This document shows positions 18,863-28,297 of a DNA stretch of 64,000 nt, one piece after another. The DNA comes from Candidatus Staskawiczbacteria bacterium (GTDB lineage Bacteria; Patescibacteriota; Minisyncoccia; Minisyncoccales; Staskawiczbacteraceae): the NCBI GenBank assembly GCA_903835075.1, contig CAILLM010000009.1, positions 25,274-89,273 of the forward strand, written 5' to 3'. The number at the start of each line of letters is the position of its first letter. The first letter of the stretch is position 1. The notes beneath the pieces are model-generated. The model was given only the letters and a program-made list of their open reading frames with translations, was not told the DNA's origin and did not search any database. The translations under genes and the position numbers were made by a program.

Positions 18863-18964
18863 AAACACTTGTAGCCGCTTTTTTTTGCATCAAAATACTA
18901 AATCACATAAGCCTTTCATTTTTCTACAAAAATTGCTATTATTTATTAATAAATAGATAAATTT

Positions 18965-20164
18965 ATGATAAATACAAATCCGCAAAAAATAGATGAGATA
19001 TTAATTCGTGGAGTGGGAGAGGCGATTATTAAAGAGCATCTCCAAGAAAGGCTATCTAGAGGAGAAAAACTTAGAATAAAATTTGGGATAGACCCCACTG
19101 GAAGTGTTTTGCATTTAGGGCATGCGGTTTGTCTGCTAAAATTGAGAGAACTTCAAGACGTGGGGCATCAAATTATTTTTTTAATAGGCGATTTTACGGC
19201 AAAAATTGGCGACCCAACGGGAAGAACTTCGGCAAGGACGCCATTAACCGAAAAACAGATTAAGGAAAATATGAAAAATTACAGGAAGCAAGCAGGTTTA
19301 ATTTTAGATTTGCGTAAAGTAGAAGTCCGTTACAACTCTGAATGGTGGAACAAGATGAATTTGGGTGAAATGATGCAATTATCAATGAAGGTTACATATA
19401 GTCAAGTTTCCGCCAGAGAAGATTTTAAAAAAAGACTTGCAGAAGATAAGGATTTTACTGTTGAAGAGTTTTTGTACCCTGTTTTGCAGGGGTATGACTC
19501 GGTTGCCTTAAAGTCTGATGTAGAAATTGGAGGAACCGATCAAAAATTTAATATATTAATGGGACGACAAATTCAGAAAAGATATGGGCAAGAACCACAG
19601 GACGTTATTACTATACCATTGTTGGAAGGTTTAGATGGAAAAGAGAAGATGAGCAAGTCTCTTGGTAATTATATTTCTATTGTCGATGAGCCTTTTGATA
19701 TGTATGGAAAAATTATGTCGCTTCCCGATAGTTTAATTCTACGATATTTCGAACTTTGTACGAGGGTCTCTGCGGAAGAAATTTCTCAAATTAAAAAAAT
19801 AGAAAATCCCCGTAATCAGAAGATGGTATTAGCAAAAGAAGTTGTTAGAATGTATCACGGAGAAAAGTTAGCACTTAAGGCCGAAGAAGAATTTAATAAA
19901 ATTCATAGGGACAAAGAACTGCCAAGTGATATGCCTATTTTCGAAACAGAAAAAGTAAATTATCCACCATTAGATTTATTATTTGATGCAAAATTGTCTG
20001 TTTCAAAAAATGAAGCTAAGAGATTAATTGAAGGTGGTGGAGTGGAAATAATCAATGGAGAAATTAAACAAAGAGTTGAGGATTGGAAAAAAGAGATTAA
20101 TTTAAAAGATGGCGATATTATAAAAGTTGGTAACAGAAAGTTTATTAAGATATCGATAAGCTAA
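18965..20164 (+). CDS. tyrS: tyrosine--tRNA ligase
   Basis: 399 aa. HLGH (LHLGHAV), KMSKS (KMSKSLGN) and a C-terminal S4-like domain. Confidence 0.95.
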   Translation: MINTNPQKIDEILIRGVGEAIIKEHLQERLSRGEKLRIKFGIDPTGSVLHLGHAVCLLKLRELQDVGHQIIFLIGDFTAKIGDPTGRTSARTPLTEKQIKENMKNYRKQAGLILDLRKVEVRYNSEWWNKMNLGEMMQLSMKVTYSQVSAREDFKKRLAEDKDFTVEEFLYPVLQGYDSVALKSDVEIGGTDQKFNILMGRQIQKRYGQEPQDVITIPLLEGLDGKEKMSKSLGNYISIVDEPFDMYGKIMSLPDSLILRYFELCTRVSAEEISQIKKIENPRNQKMVLAKEVVRMYHGEKLALKAEEEFNKIHRDKELPSDMPIFETEKVNYPPLDLLFDAKLSVSKNEAKRLIEGGGVEIINGEIKQRVEDWKKEINLKDGDIIKVGNRKFIKISIS

Positions 20165-20178
20165 AAAATAAAAATTAT

Positions 20179-21498
20179 ATGAAAAAGATAATCATAATTT
20201 TTGCGATTGTTGCTATCCTTGTATTAGGAATTGGTGGAAGTTATTTGATGTCATATTTTTTTTCCGGCACTAATTATGCCAGTATTTTTTCGTCGATAAT
20301 TAATACTAAGCCATCTATTCTTGTACTTAAATCAAGTTTTTTTAAGAATGATCCAATCGCAGTAAGCATAGCAAAAGGGAATGATTATCTTCTAAGCGAT
20401 TCCTTTGAGCATATTAATAGTTTTGAGTTTAAATTATTAAGCGCATTTAAGCAATTAGGTTTTGTAGGGCTAGGATACAGCGCTTATGATGGACAATCTC
20501 CGGTTAGTGGAGCTGTAAACTATTTTAGAAAAATTCATAGTATTCGGGCATCAAATTATCTTGATAAAAAAACCTTAGAGTTTCTAGATAAGGAGCTTGC
20601 ACAGAGAGAGATCAATGATAAAAAAGTTGCAACAACATATCCTCCATTTTCTAAATTTATGGATAGCCCTATTAATGAGCCACCTAAAGAACATCTTGCG
20701 ATGTTACTTGCTGGATTATTTGGGTCTTTGCCAAAAAATATCACAAGTTTTGAGGGATGTCATAATGTTTGGACGGTTGAAGAATTTAGAGATAGCTTAT
20801 CGTATGGTCTTGGGGGGAATTTAGGTAGATTTATTAGTGAAGATTCAACTAGATATCTTACGCCTCAAGAGTATAATGATTTGATATCAAACAATCAAAC
20901 AGATTTTAAATACTGTAATGATTTATATTATTCTGCTAATCAGCTAGATAATTGCTTAACCCCCGCCCTACATGTGAATACGCAGATTATGAGCGACTTT
21001 GATTATATTTATACTGTCACGCACGAATTCGGACATTCTGTTGCTTTTAATAGTGATAATTTAACTGATGTCAGTAAACCCAGTGGAATTTGTCTATTTG
21101 GTGGCATTTCTTTTGTTATGGATTCTTCCTGCCCTGCGGGACATGTTAGCATTTCTGATAAAAAGCGTGTAGATAATAACGGCGAATTTATTAGTGAATA
21201 TGCTAAAACTAATCAAGATGAGGACTTTGCAGAATCTTTTTCTGCTTACGTACTTGCTGGAGATGTCTTTAGAGAGAGAGCAAAAAGCAATTCATATTTA
21301 AAGCAAAAATACGATTTTTTGAAAAACAATGTCTTTGATAAAAGAGAATTTGATACAGGTGGTTTGGAACGTTATGAGCTTTGGAATTCAAAACATAATA
21401 GTTTACCAAATGTTGTGCGAGATTACTTCACCCAAGAGTCTAGCTGGGTATGGGATTACAAATATAATATATTAAAACAGAGTAAATGGTTTTTCTAA
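20179..21498 (+). CDS. membrane-anchored putative zinc metalloprotease
   Basis: 439 aa with an N-terminal TM helix and an HExxH motif (THEFGHSV). Confidence 0.45.
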   Translation: MKKIIIIFAIVAILVLGIGGSYLMSYFFSGTNYASIFSSIINTKPSILVLKSSFFKNDPIAVSIAKGNDYLLSDSFEHINSFEFKLLSAFKQLGFVGLGYSAYDGQSPVSGAVNYFRKIHSIRASNYLDKKTLEFLDKELAQREINDKKVATTYPPFSKFMDSPINEPPKEHLAMLLAGLFGSLPKNITSFEGCHNVWTVEEFRDSLSYGLGGNLGRFISEDSTRYLTPQEYNDLISNNQTDFKYCNDLYYSANQLDNCLTPALHVNTQIMSDFDYIYTVTHEFGHSVAFNSDNLTDVSKPSGICLFGGISFVMDSSCPAGHVSISDKKRVDNNGEFISEYAKTNQDEDFAESFSAYVLAGDVFRERAKSNSYLKQKYDFLKNNVFDKREFDTGGLERYELWNSKHNSLPNVVRDYFTQESSWVWDYKYNILKQSKWFF

Positions 21499-21533
21499 AA
21501 CGATTAAAGTTAAGCAAATAAAAATAAAATAAT

Positions 21534-22118
21534 ATGAAAAAAACAACTATAATAGCAACAATTATAATTATTATTGTAATTTTAGGAATTGGAGGATATT
21601 TTTATTACGAAAACAGTTTGCCAAAATCAAATCCAAAGCCTGTGACTTGCACCATGGATGCAAAAGTTTGTCCCAATGGTTCTTCTGTGGGCAGAACAGC
21701 CCCAAATTGTGATTTCGCACCATGCCCTGTTGGGGTTTCATATAAAAATTATGAATATGGATTTAATTTGAGTCTTCCAAATGCATGGTCAGATTATAAA
21801 GTAATTAAACAAAGTTGGCAGGGGCGAACAGTTGATACGGGAAAAGTTGATTACACTGGGGTTGAGGTAATTATAAAAAATCCACAAACAACGCCAACAC
21901 AAGCATGGCAAGATATTCCTGTTATGGTTTTTACGCCAGATGTTTGGAAATTAATTTCTGAAGAAAAAGTTGCAGTTAGTGCAGCTCCAATTCCGCCAGA
22001 AAAGATTGGGGAAAATGCAAAATATGTTTTTGCTACGCCACCAAGATGGTATGGTTTTACTGATGATAAGGGTTGGCAGGAAGCGGTTGATGCAGTAAAA
22101 ACGTTTAAAGCTTTTTAA
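21534..22118 (+). CDS. membrane-anchored hypothetical protein
   Basis: 194 aa with an N-terminal TM helix and a Cys-containing extracytoplasmic part. No recognised motif. Confidence 0.45.
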   Translation: MKKTTIIATIIIIIVILGIGGYFYYENSLPKSNPKPVTCTMDAKVCPNGSSVGRTAPNCDFAPCPVGVSYKNYEYGFNLSLPNAWSDYKVIKQSWQGRTVDTGKVDYTGVEVIIKNPQTTPTQAWQDIPVMVFTPDVWKLISEEKVAVSAAPIPPEKIGENAKYVFATPPRWYGFTDDKGWQEAVDAVKTFKAF

Positions 22119-22138
22119 TTAAATAATAAAATAATTTT

Positions 22139-23593
22139 ATGCCAAGATTTTTAATAAAAGATACAGCAAAACATATAGGTGAAAAAGTGAGAATTTGTGG
22201 TTGGGTTGATACCAGAAGAGCTCACGGGAAAATTTTATTTATTGATTTGCGTGATATAAGCGGAATTATGCAGGTTGTTTTTGTGCCCTCAAATAAAGAA
22301 GTTTATGATTTGGCGCAAACTTTGAGGCCAGAATGGGTTGTGGAAATTAAGGGACAAATTGTTAAAAGGCCAGAGAATATGGTTAATGATAAAATTGAAA
22401 CAGGAATGGTTGAGCTTTCTGTGGACAGCTTGAAAGTTTTGTCACAATCTGAAACTTTGCCTTTTCCAATTGACGGAGATGGTTACGATATTGGCGAAGA
22501 AAGCAGGATGAAATATAGATATTTAGATTTAAGAAGGCAAAGGATGAAAGACAATATCATTATGCGACACAAAACTATAAAGTTTTTCAGAGACTTTTTA
22601 GATAAAGAAGGTTTTGTGGAAATAGAAACCCCAATGCTAACAAAATCAACACCGGAGGGGTCTAGAGATTTTGTGGTTCCATCAAGGTTGCAACCTGGTA
22701 AGTTTTTTGCTTTGCCACAATCTCCTCAACAATATAAACAATTGCTAATGGTAGCCGGTATGGAAAAATATTTTCAAGTTGCTAGATGCATGAGGGACGA
22801 AGATTCAAGGGGCGATAGGCAATATGAGCACACGCAACTTGATATAGAAATGAGTTTTGTTGAAAGAGAAGATATTTTGGAATTGGTTGAAAGAATGTTG
22901 ATAAAAATGATTGAGGTTGTTTATCCCAATAAAAAAATTCAAGAAACGCCATTTCCAAGAATTCCTTATGCCGAGGCAATGAAAAAATATAAATCAGATA
23001 AGCCCGATTTAAGAAATGATAAAAATGATCCAAATCTTTTAGCTTTTTGCTGGATAGTTGATTTCCCTTTTTTTGAAAAAACAGATGACGGCGGTTGGAC
23101 ATTTGTTCACAATCCGTTTTCTGCTCAAAAAGAAGAATTTATTCAGAACTTGTTGGATGGCAAAGACATAGAAAAAATAATAGCCAACCAATACGACATA
23201 GTACTTAACGGCTGGGAATTAGCAAGCGGAGGAATTAGAAGTCATGACCCGAAGGTTCTTGAGAAGGTTTTTGAAATTATGGGATATAAAAAAGATGAAA
23301 TTCAAAAACAATTTGGTCATATGCTGTCTGCATTGGGATTTGGTGCGCCCCCTCATGGTGGAATTGCTCCTGGAATCGACAGGCTGGTTTCTCTTTTGCA
23401 GAATGAGCCGAACATAAGAGAAGTTATTGCTTTCCCAAAAACTGGTGATGGTAGAGATTTTATGATGGATGCTCCTTCGGAAATTTCTAAAAAACAATTG
23501 GATGAATTACATATAAAAACTGATTCATTGAAAAATACCAAAGAAAAAGTGAAACCAGCAACTCAAAAAAAATCTACAAAAACTAAAAAATAA
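22139..23593 (+). CDS. aspS: aspartate--tRNA ligase (bacterial-type core without the GAD insertion)
   Basis: 484 aa. OB-fold N-terminus and class II motif 2 region QSPQQYKQLLMVAGMEKYFQVARCMRDEDSRGDRQYEHTQLD. KPDLR is followed directly by WIVDFPFFE. Lys-rich C-terminal tail. Confidence 0.9.
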   Translation: MPRFLIKDTAKHIGEKVRICGWVDTRRAHGKILFIDLRDISGIMQVVFVPSNKEVYDLAQTLRPEWVVEIKGQIVKRPENMVNDKIETGMVELSVDSLKVLSQSETLPFPIDGDGYDIGEESRMKYRYLDLRRQRMKDNIIMRHKTIKFFRDFLDKEGFVEIETPMLTKSTPEGSRDFVVPSRLQPGKFFALPQSPQQYKQLLMVAGMEKYFQVARCMRDEDSRGDRQYEHTQLDIEMSFVEREDILELVERMLIKMIEVVYPNKKIQETPFPRIPYAEAMKKYKSDKPDLRNDKNDPNLLAFCWIVDFPFFEKTDDGGWTFVHNPFSAQKEEFIQNLLDGKDIEKIIANQYDIVLNGWELASGGIRSHDPKVLEKVFEIMGYKKDEIQKQFGHMLSALGFGAPPHGGIAPGIDRLVSLLQNEPNIREVIAFPKTGDGRDFMMDAPSEISKKQLDELHIKTDSLKNTKEKVKPATQKKSTKTKK

Positions 23594-24567
23594 TGAACAT
23601 AAAAAGGATTATTGCAGGACCATTATTATCTGTTATATTTTTGATATTTTTTGCATATTTAATTTCTAATTTGCAATTGGTTTTTGATATAGGTTCAAAA
23701 CATATAGGTGCAAAAGTTGATGGTAGTGAGCTTTTGGGAAGCGTTTCTAGTGGTGTTCAAAATGTTTTGCCAGATGTTAATAATAATACAACATTTATAA
23801 TTGAAAATAATGTCACGCCCGTTATTGATCGAAAAATTCCTGTTGTTGCAACAATAAATGCAAAATCAGCAATTTCAGTTGAAAGTAATCTTGACGGTAC
23901 AAACAAAATTATTTTTGATAAAAATTCTGATGCAAAATTACCTATTGCCAGTTTGACCAAATTAATGACCGCTGCAGTTGTTTTGGACAACTACAATTTA
24001 TCAGATACTTGGAAGGTAGATAAAATTGCTGACTCTCAGGCATCTATGAAACAAGATGTTAAGTTGGGAGATGAAATGACAGTAAATAGTTTTTTGGAAA
24101 TAATGCTAATTGAATCTAGCAACAAGTCTGCATATACTTTGTCAGAAATAATTGGAGAGCCAAAATTTGTGGAATTAATGAATCAAAAAGCGCAAAGCAT
24201 GGGTTTGGAAAACACTTCATTTTTTGACCCAACAGGGCTAAGTTCGCAAGATGTTTCTACGGCAAATGACTTAGTAAAACTAACAGAATATATTTTAAAA
24301 AATTATCCTAAAATATCAGAGATAAGTCAGAAAAAAGAGCTTTATATAATTGGGTTTGGACAAGTTGTAAATACAGACCAGCTTTTAGGAGAAATACCCG
24401 AGGTAGTTTGTAGCAAGACAGGCTTTACTACAACCGCAAAAGGATGCTTGCTTTTGGCAGTTAAAAATCCTAAAAATAATGACTATATAATTAATGTTAT
24501 TTTGGGTGCAGATGATAGATTTTCTGAAATGAAAAAATTAATAAATTGGCCAACAACCTGTAAATAA
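23593..24567 (+). CDS. serine-type D-Ala-D-Ala carboxypeptidase (PBP5/S11-like)
   Basis: SxxK (SLTK), SxN (SSN) and KTG (KTGFT) motifs. Confidence 0.8.
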   Translation: MNIKRIIAGPLLSVIFLIFFAYLISNLQLVFDIGSKHIGAKVDGSELLGSVSSGVQNVLPDVNNNTTFIIENNVTPVIDRKIPVVATINAKSAISVESNLDGTNKIIFDKNSDAKLPIASLTKLMTAAVVLDNYNLSDTWKVDKIADSQASMKQDVKLGDEMTVNSFLEIMLIESSNKSAYTLSEIIGEPKFVELMNQKAQSMGLENTSFFDPTGLSSQDVSTANDLVKLTEYILKNYPKISEISQKKELYIIGFGQVVNTDQLLGEIPEVVCSKTGFTTTAKGCLLLAVKNPKNNDYIINVILGADDRFSEMKKLINWPTTCK

Positions 24568-24570
24568 AAA

Positions 24571-25269
24571 ATGGAAAATAAGAAGGTATTATTTTTGTGT
24601 GTTATTTTGATAATTTTTATTTTTGGTGTGGGGTTGTATGTATTTAAATTACAAAAACAAAATAACAATATAGTTATTCCAGAATTGAAAATAGAGCAAT
24701 CAAATAAAACAGAGAAATTAAATGCAGATTATTTATTGGTGCAAATTGATAAACATCATTGTTTGTCAGCTGACTATACGCCCTCAGACTTAGTGAGCAT
24801 TTCAAATTATAACATTTCTACTGAAAATAATTTTAAACTTAGAAAAGTAGTAATTAATGATTTGGTTGCCATGGTTGCTTCGGCTAAAAAAGATGGAATT
24901 GATTTAAAAGTTATTTCAGCTTATAGAACATATCAAGATCAAAAAAGAACTTATAATTCTTGGGTAAGTCAGTTGGGCGAGAAAGAAGCTGGTAGGCAAA
25001 GTGCGCCAGCAGGATGTAGCCAGCATGAATTGGGCACAGCAGTTGATTTTAATGAACTAAGTATTTCTTTTTCAAATACTCCAGCGGGAATTTGGCTTTC
25101 TAAGAATGCATGGCAATATGGGTGGGTAATTTCTTATCCTATAAATTCAGAAAATGTAACAGGTTATATTTATGAGCCGTGGCATTATAGATATATTGGA
25201 ATAAAAAATGCTGAAGAATTAAAAAAATCGGGATTAATATTAAGTGACTTTTTAAATATAAAAAAATGA
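24571..25269 (+). CDS. VanY/M15B-type D-alanyl-D-alanine carboxypeptidase
   Basis: CSQHELGTAVD and EPWHYRYIG motifs; N-terminal TM helix. Confidence 0.8.
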   Translation: MENKKVLFLCVILIIFIFGVGLYVFKLQKQNNNIVIPELKIEQSNKTEKLNADYLLVQIDKHHCLSADYTPSDLVSISNYNISTENNFKLRKVVINDLVAMVASAKKDGIDLKVISAYRTYQDQKRTYNSWVSQLGEKEAGRQSAPAGCSQHELGTAVDFNELSISFSNTPAGIWLSKNAWQYGWVISYPINSENVTGYIYEPWHYRYIGIKNAEELKKSGLILSDFLNIKK

Positions 25270-26330
25270 TAACCACACTAACTTTTAACATTATCAAGAT
25301 ATTTACGTTGGCAACATTGGCGTCAACTTTAGCGGTTATTTTGACTCCTCTTTTGACGCATTTTTTATATAAAAATCAGCTTTGGAAAAAATCAGCAAGA
25401 AAAAAAGCAATTTCTGGGGAAGACGCAGTAATTTTTAATAATTTACATAGAGAAAAAGAGGTGGGCACTCCTCGCATGGGCGGACTTTTAATATGGGTGA
25501 CGACAGTATTTATTATTTTTTTATTTGCTGGGTTGTCTGCAATTTTCCCAGATGATTGGATTGCTCAATTTAATTTTTTATCAAGAAGCCAAACATGGTT
25601 GCCCCTTTTTACATTAGTCGTAGCATCTATTGTTGGATTGGTTGATGATCTACTAGTTACTAAAGGTTGGGGAAAGTATATTGGTGGTGGTATTTCTTTT
25701 AGAAAAAGATTATTGCTTGTGGCATTGATTGGCTTAATTGGAAGTATTTGGTTTTATCAAAAATTAGGATGGGATACAATTTTTATTCCTTTTGTTGGAG
25801 ACGTGGCTATTGGGTTGTGGTATATACCATTATTTATTGCTGTAACAATCGCTTGTTGGTCGGGCGGAATAATAGACGGTTTAGATGGGTTGGCAGGTGG
25901 AACTTTTGCCTCAATTTTTGGTGCTTTTGCAATTGTGGCATTTTCAACTGGTAAAATTGATTTAGCTGCATTTTGTGCGGTTATAACGGGTACTTTGTTT
26001 TCATTTTTGTGGTTTAACGTGCCACCTGCCAGATTTTATATGGGAGAAACGGGGATTCTTGGTTTAACAACTGTTTTATCAGTAATAGCTTTTTTGACTG
26101 ATTCAGTTTATGTTTTACCAATAATTGCTGGGCTTTTGGTAGTTACAGTTGCATCTGCAATAATTCAACTTCTTTCAAAAAAATTCAGAAATAAAAAAGT
26201 ATTTCATTCCACGCCAATTCATCATCATTTTGAAGCATTAGGTTGGCCATCTTATAAAGTTACAATGCGAGCTTGGATTGTTGGAATTGTTTTGGCGTTT
26301 ATTGGTGTGGCAGTAAGATTATTAAGGTAG
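25266..26330 (+). CDS. mraY: phospho-N-acetylmuramoyl-pentapeptide transferase
   Basis: 354 aa polytopic membrane protein. IDGLDGLA and HSTPIHHHFE motifs. Confidence 0.9.
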   Translation: MITTLTFNIIKIFTLATLASTLAVILTPLLTHFLYKNQLWKKSARKKAISGEDAVIFNNLHREKEVGTPRMGGLLIWVTTVFIIFLFAGLSAIFPDDWIAQFNFLSRSQTWLPLFTLVVASIVGLVDDLLVTKGWGKYIGGGISFRKRLLLVALIGLIGSIWFYQKLGWDTIFIPFVGDVAIGLWYIPLFIAVTIACWSGGIIDGLDGLAGGTFASIFGAFAIVAFSTGKIDLAAFCAVITGTLFSFLWFNVPPARFYMGETGILGLTTVLSVIAFLTDSVYVLPIIAGLLVVTVASAIIQLLSKKFRNKKVFHSTPIHHHFEALGWPSYKVTMRAWIVGIVLAFIGVAVRLLR

Positions 26331-26472
26331 GTGGTTGAAAAAAACAAAAAAATAAGTATAATTAAAAAGAATTCGAAAAAGAAATTGATGCTAGAAGAAT
26401 TGAGATAAAGCTGAAGAAATTTAAGAATAGGAATATAATTGAAAAAATAATAAAAGAGCAAGAGATAATCAT

Positions 26473-26543
26473 GGGCCCATAGTAAATCGGTATTACGCCT
26501 CCATGGCATGGAGGAGGGCCGGGTTCGATTCCCGGTGGGTCCA
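26473..26543 (+). tRNA. tRNA-Ala (anticodon GGC)
   Basis: Manual cloverleaf: acceptor GGGCCCA/TGGGTCC with G3:U70, D stem GTAA/TTAC, anticodon stem CCTCC/GGAGG with loop ATGGCAT, T arm CCGGG-TTCGATT-CCCGG, discriminator A. No encoded CCA. Confidence 0.85.
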
Positions 26544-26553
26544 CATTAGAAGT

Positions 26554-26583
26554 AAAAAAATACGGTCGCATGGTATGCGACCG
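26554..26583 (-). terminator. terminator of the GreA-like gene, abutting the tRNA
   Basis: CGGTCGCAT/ATGCGACCG stem followed on the minus strand by a T7 run. Confidence 0.7.
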
Positions 26584-26609
26584 CCTGTTGCGGGGCCCAA
26601 AAGGGCTCT

Positions 26610-27125
26610 TTATTCGGTTTCGGGTTTCGACCCGGCGATGCTGATGGAAATTTCCAAAATCTTCACTTGGAAGGTTCTGCCCTTGATTGTGATGGGTTCA
26701 TCAAACCCAACTTCCTGATCCATAAGGGCTTCGGCTAGTGGGGCATCAAAGGATATTGTTTTCATGCCGTCGCCTTCACGTTGGCCGACAATGCCCCACA
26801 TCTCTTCTTCGCTGTCCCTCGTGATTTTAACAGTTGTACCAATAGCGACTTTTTTGTTGTCTGTTGGCTCAGGGACAACAACAGCCTCTTGGATTAAGGC
26901 ACACGTTGCGCCGAATTGAGATTGGAGACCGAAGTGGCTGTAATCCTTATCGGTATACGACTCACCGTCTTCTCCTTTTTCCTTGTCTCTGGGTTCGGCG
27001 ACTTCGCGCCTAAGCCTTTGTCCCAATTCACTGCGTAGCTGTTTAAGGGCATCAAGTCCTCTTTGGGTGACTTGTGGCTTTACGACTATGAGCGGTGCCG
27101 CTGTCTGTGTTTTTATTCGTTTCAT
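26610..27125 (-). CDS. GreA/Rnk-like transcription factor
   Basis: The C-terminal part (VAIGTTVKITRD...WGIVGQREGD...ISFDAPLAEALMDQEVGF) resembles the GreA C-terminal domain. Start set at MKRIKTQ (27125). GC-rich. Confidence 0.55.
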   Translation of the reverse strand: MKRIKTQTAAPLIVVKPQVTQRGLDALKQLRSELGQRLRREVAEPRDKEKGEDGESYTDKDYSHFGLQSQFGATCALIQEAVVVPEPTDNKKVAIGTTVKITRDSEEEMWGIVGQREGDGMKTISFDAPLAEALMDQEVGFDEPITIKGRTFQVKILEISISIAGSKPETE

Positions 27126-27312
27126 ACAGGGGGTTAGTTGTGTAGAGTTGATTGTTAATATGCGAGTAACAAAATTCCAGGGTGGATTTTTGTTAAATAA
27201 ACAATAACACAAATTATTATTTGTTGCAACAAGGTGTTGACGTTAAGAAACAAAAAATGTAAATTTAATCAATTAGCTGTTTGAGAATCAAAATCGAACC
27301 AAAGAATTGCAA

Positions 27313-28137
27313 ATGAAAACGATAAGCTTGAAAGATTATAGTAGCTTGGAAGAAGCACTAAGGCTTGTTAATACAGGAGACGTTATTGTTTTATGCGTAG
27401 GGGCATATGATGAATGGAAGACAGATTTGTTTGGTATAATCACCAGACAGGGAAACAGGTTTCTGCGCAATGGAAGCAACCTTATTCGCGAATGTGAATG
27501 CACTCTTGACGATGATGGCCAAGGTCATCGTGTTTGCGCTTGTAGTTGTGGCGGATGGTATCCCAGCATTAGTGGGGATGTTATTTTTAAACAAAATCAC
27601 CAATGCTTAAGGTACACAGCAGGATATCGTGAGGTACTTCAGGCAATTCATGGTTGTACCTATCAGCAAGAATCTACCGTGGCAACGAAAATCGTTTTCG
27701 ATAATGGTTTCGTTTGTGGAGAAATGGATGATTGCGCACCCAATCTTAGGGGATTGGTTATAAAAAGAGACAACACGTTCTTGCTTCGTGACTGGAAGGG
27801 TGGATTAAATTACCTATGTACTAGTTTTGGTAATGATTGGAGGCCAAGCCCCAGAGGAGTGTTTACTCGTCGTGATGGGGATGATAGGTTTTTCTGCAGT
27901 GGCGAATATCATGGTCAGAATGAAGAGCTTTTTTGCAGGGGAGAACCGTGCGACTGGGATGCTGGTTTTTCAGAGTTGGTATTTATGCGAGGCCAACGTG
28001 TCTTACGTGTTTCGCGTAATGGTGAAAAGCTTATTTATGAGGGTGAATTTGAAGCTCAAAAAGCCCACCCAAATGGTGTAGTTATTGTCATAGGCAATGA
28101 GTTTCGACTCGTTGTTTACAAAAACGACGAAAAATAA
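27313..28137 (+). CDS. Cys-rich hypothetical protein
   Basis: About 274 aa, many Cys (CECTLDD...CACSCGG), GC-rich, with its own TTGACG-N17-TAAATT promoter-like site upstream and a terminator downstream. Confidence 0.45.
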   Translation: MKTISLKDYSSLEEALRLVNTGDVIVLCVGAYDEWKTDLFGIITRQGNRFLRNGSNLIRECECTLDDDGQGHRVCACSCGGWYPSISGDVIFKQNHQCLRYTAGYREVLQAIHGCTYQQESTVATKIVFDNGFVCGEMDDCAPNLRGLVIKRDNTFLLRDWKGGLNYLCTSFGNDWRPSPRGVFTRRDGDDRFFCSGEYHGQNEELFCRGEPCDWDAGFSELVFMRGQRVLRVSRNGEKLIYEGEFEAQKAHPNGVVIVIGNEFRLVVYKNDEK

Positions 28138-28150
28138 CTGCTCGCAACAA

Positions 28151-28180
28151 CCCCGCGTCTTTATGGCCGGGGATTTTTTT
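28151..28180 (+). terminator. hairpin + T7 terminator
   Basis: CCCCG...CGGGG followed by attttttt. Confidence 0.65.
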
Positions 28181-28297
28181 ATATAAAAGTATTTGAATAG
28201 TTATGCACAGCTTTAGTATTAGCATAAGTCTGTTTTTTTATGGTATAGTAATATAATAATATGATAATTAAATTAAAAAATAATAAAAATTAGGAAT

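Noticed and set aside
26331-26472. A/G-rich, C-poor 140-nt tract upstream of tRNA-Ala
   Set aside because: I found no repeat unit, hairpin or ORF of note. It is most simply AT-rich promoter or spacer DNA. The two minus-strand ORFs crossing it and the tRNA are artefacts.
28138-28297. Direct repeat of the tRNA-Ala 3' end marking the far boundary of the tRNA-adjacent module
   Set aside because: No match to GGGTTCGATTCCCGGTGGGTCCA or its 3' half is visible in this interval.
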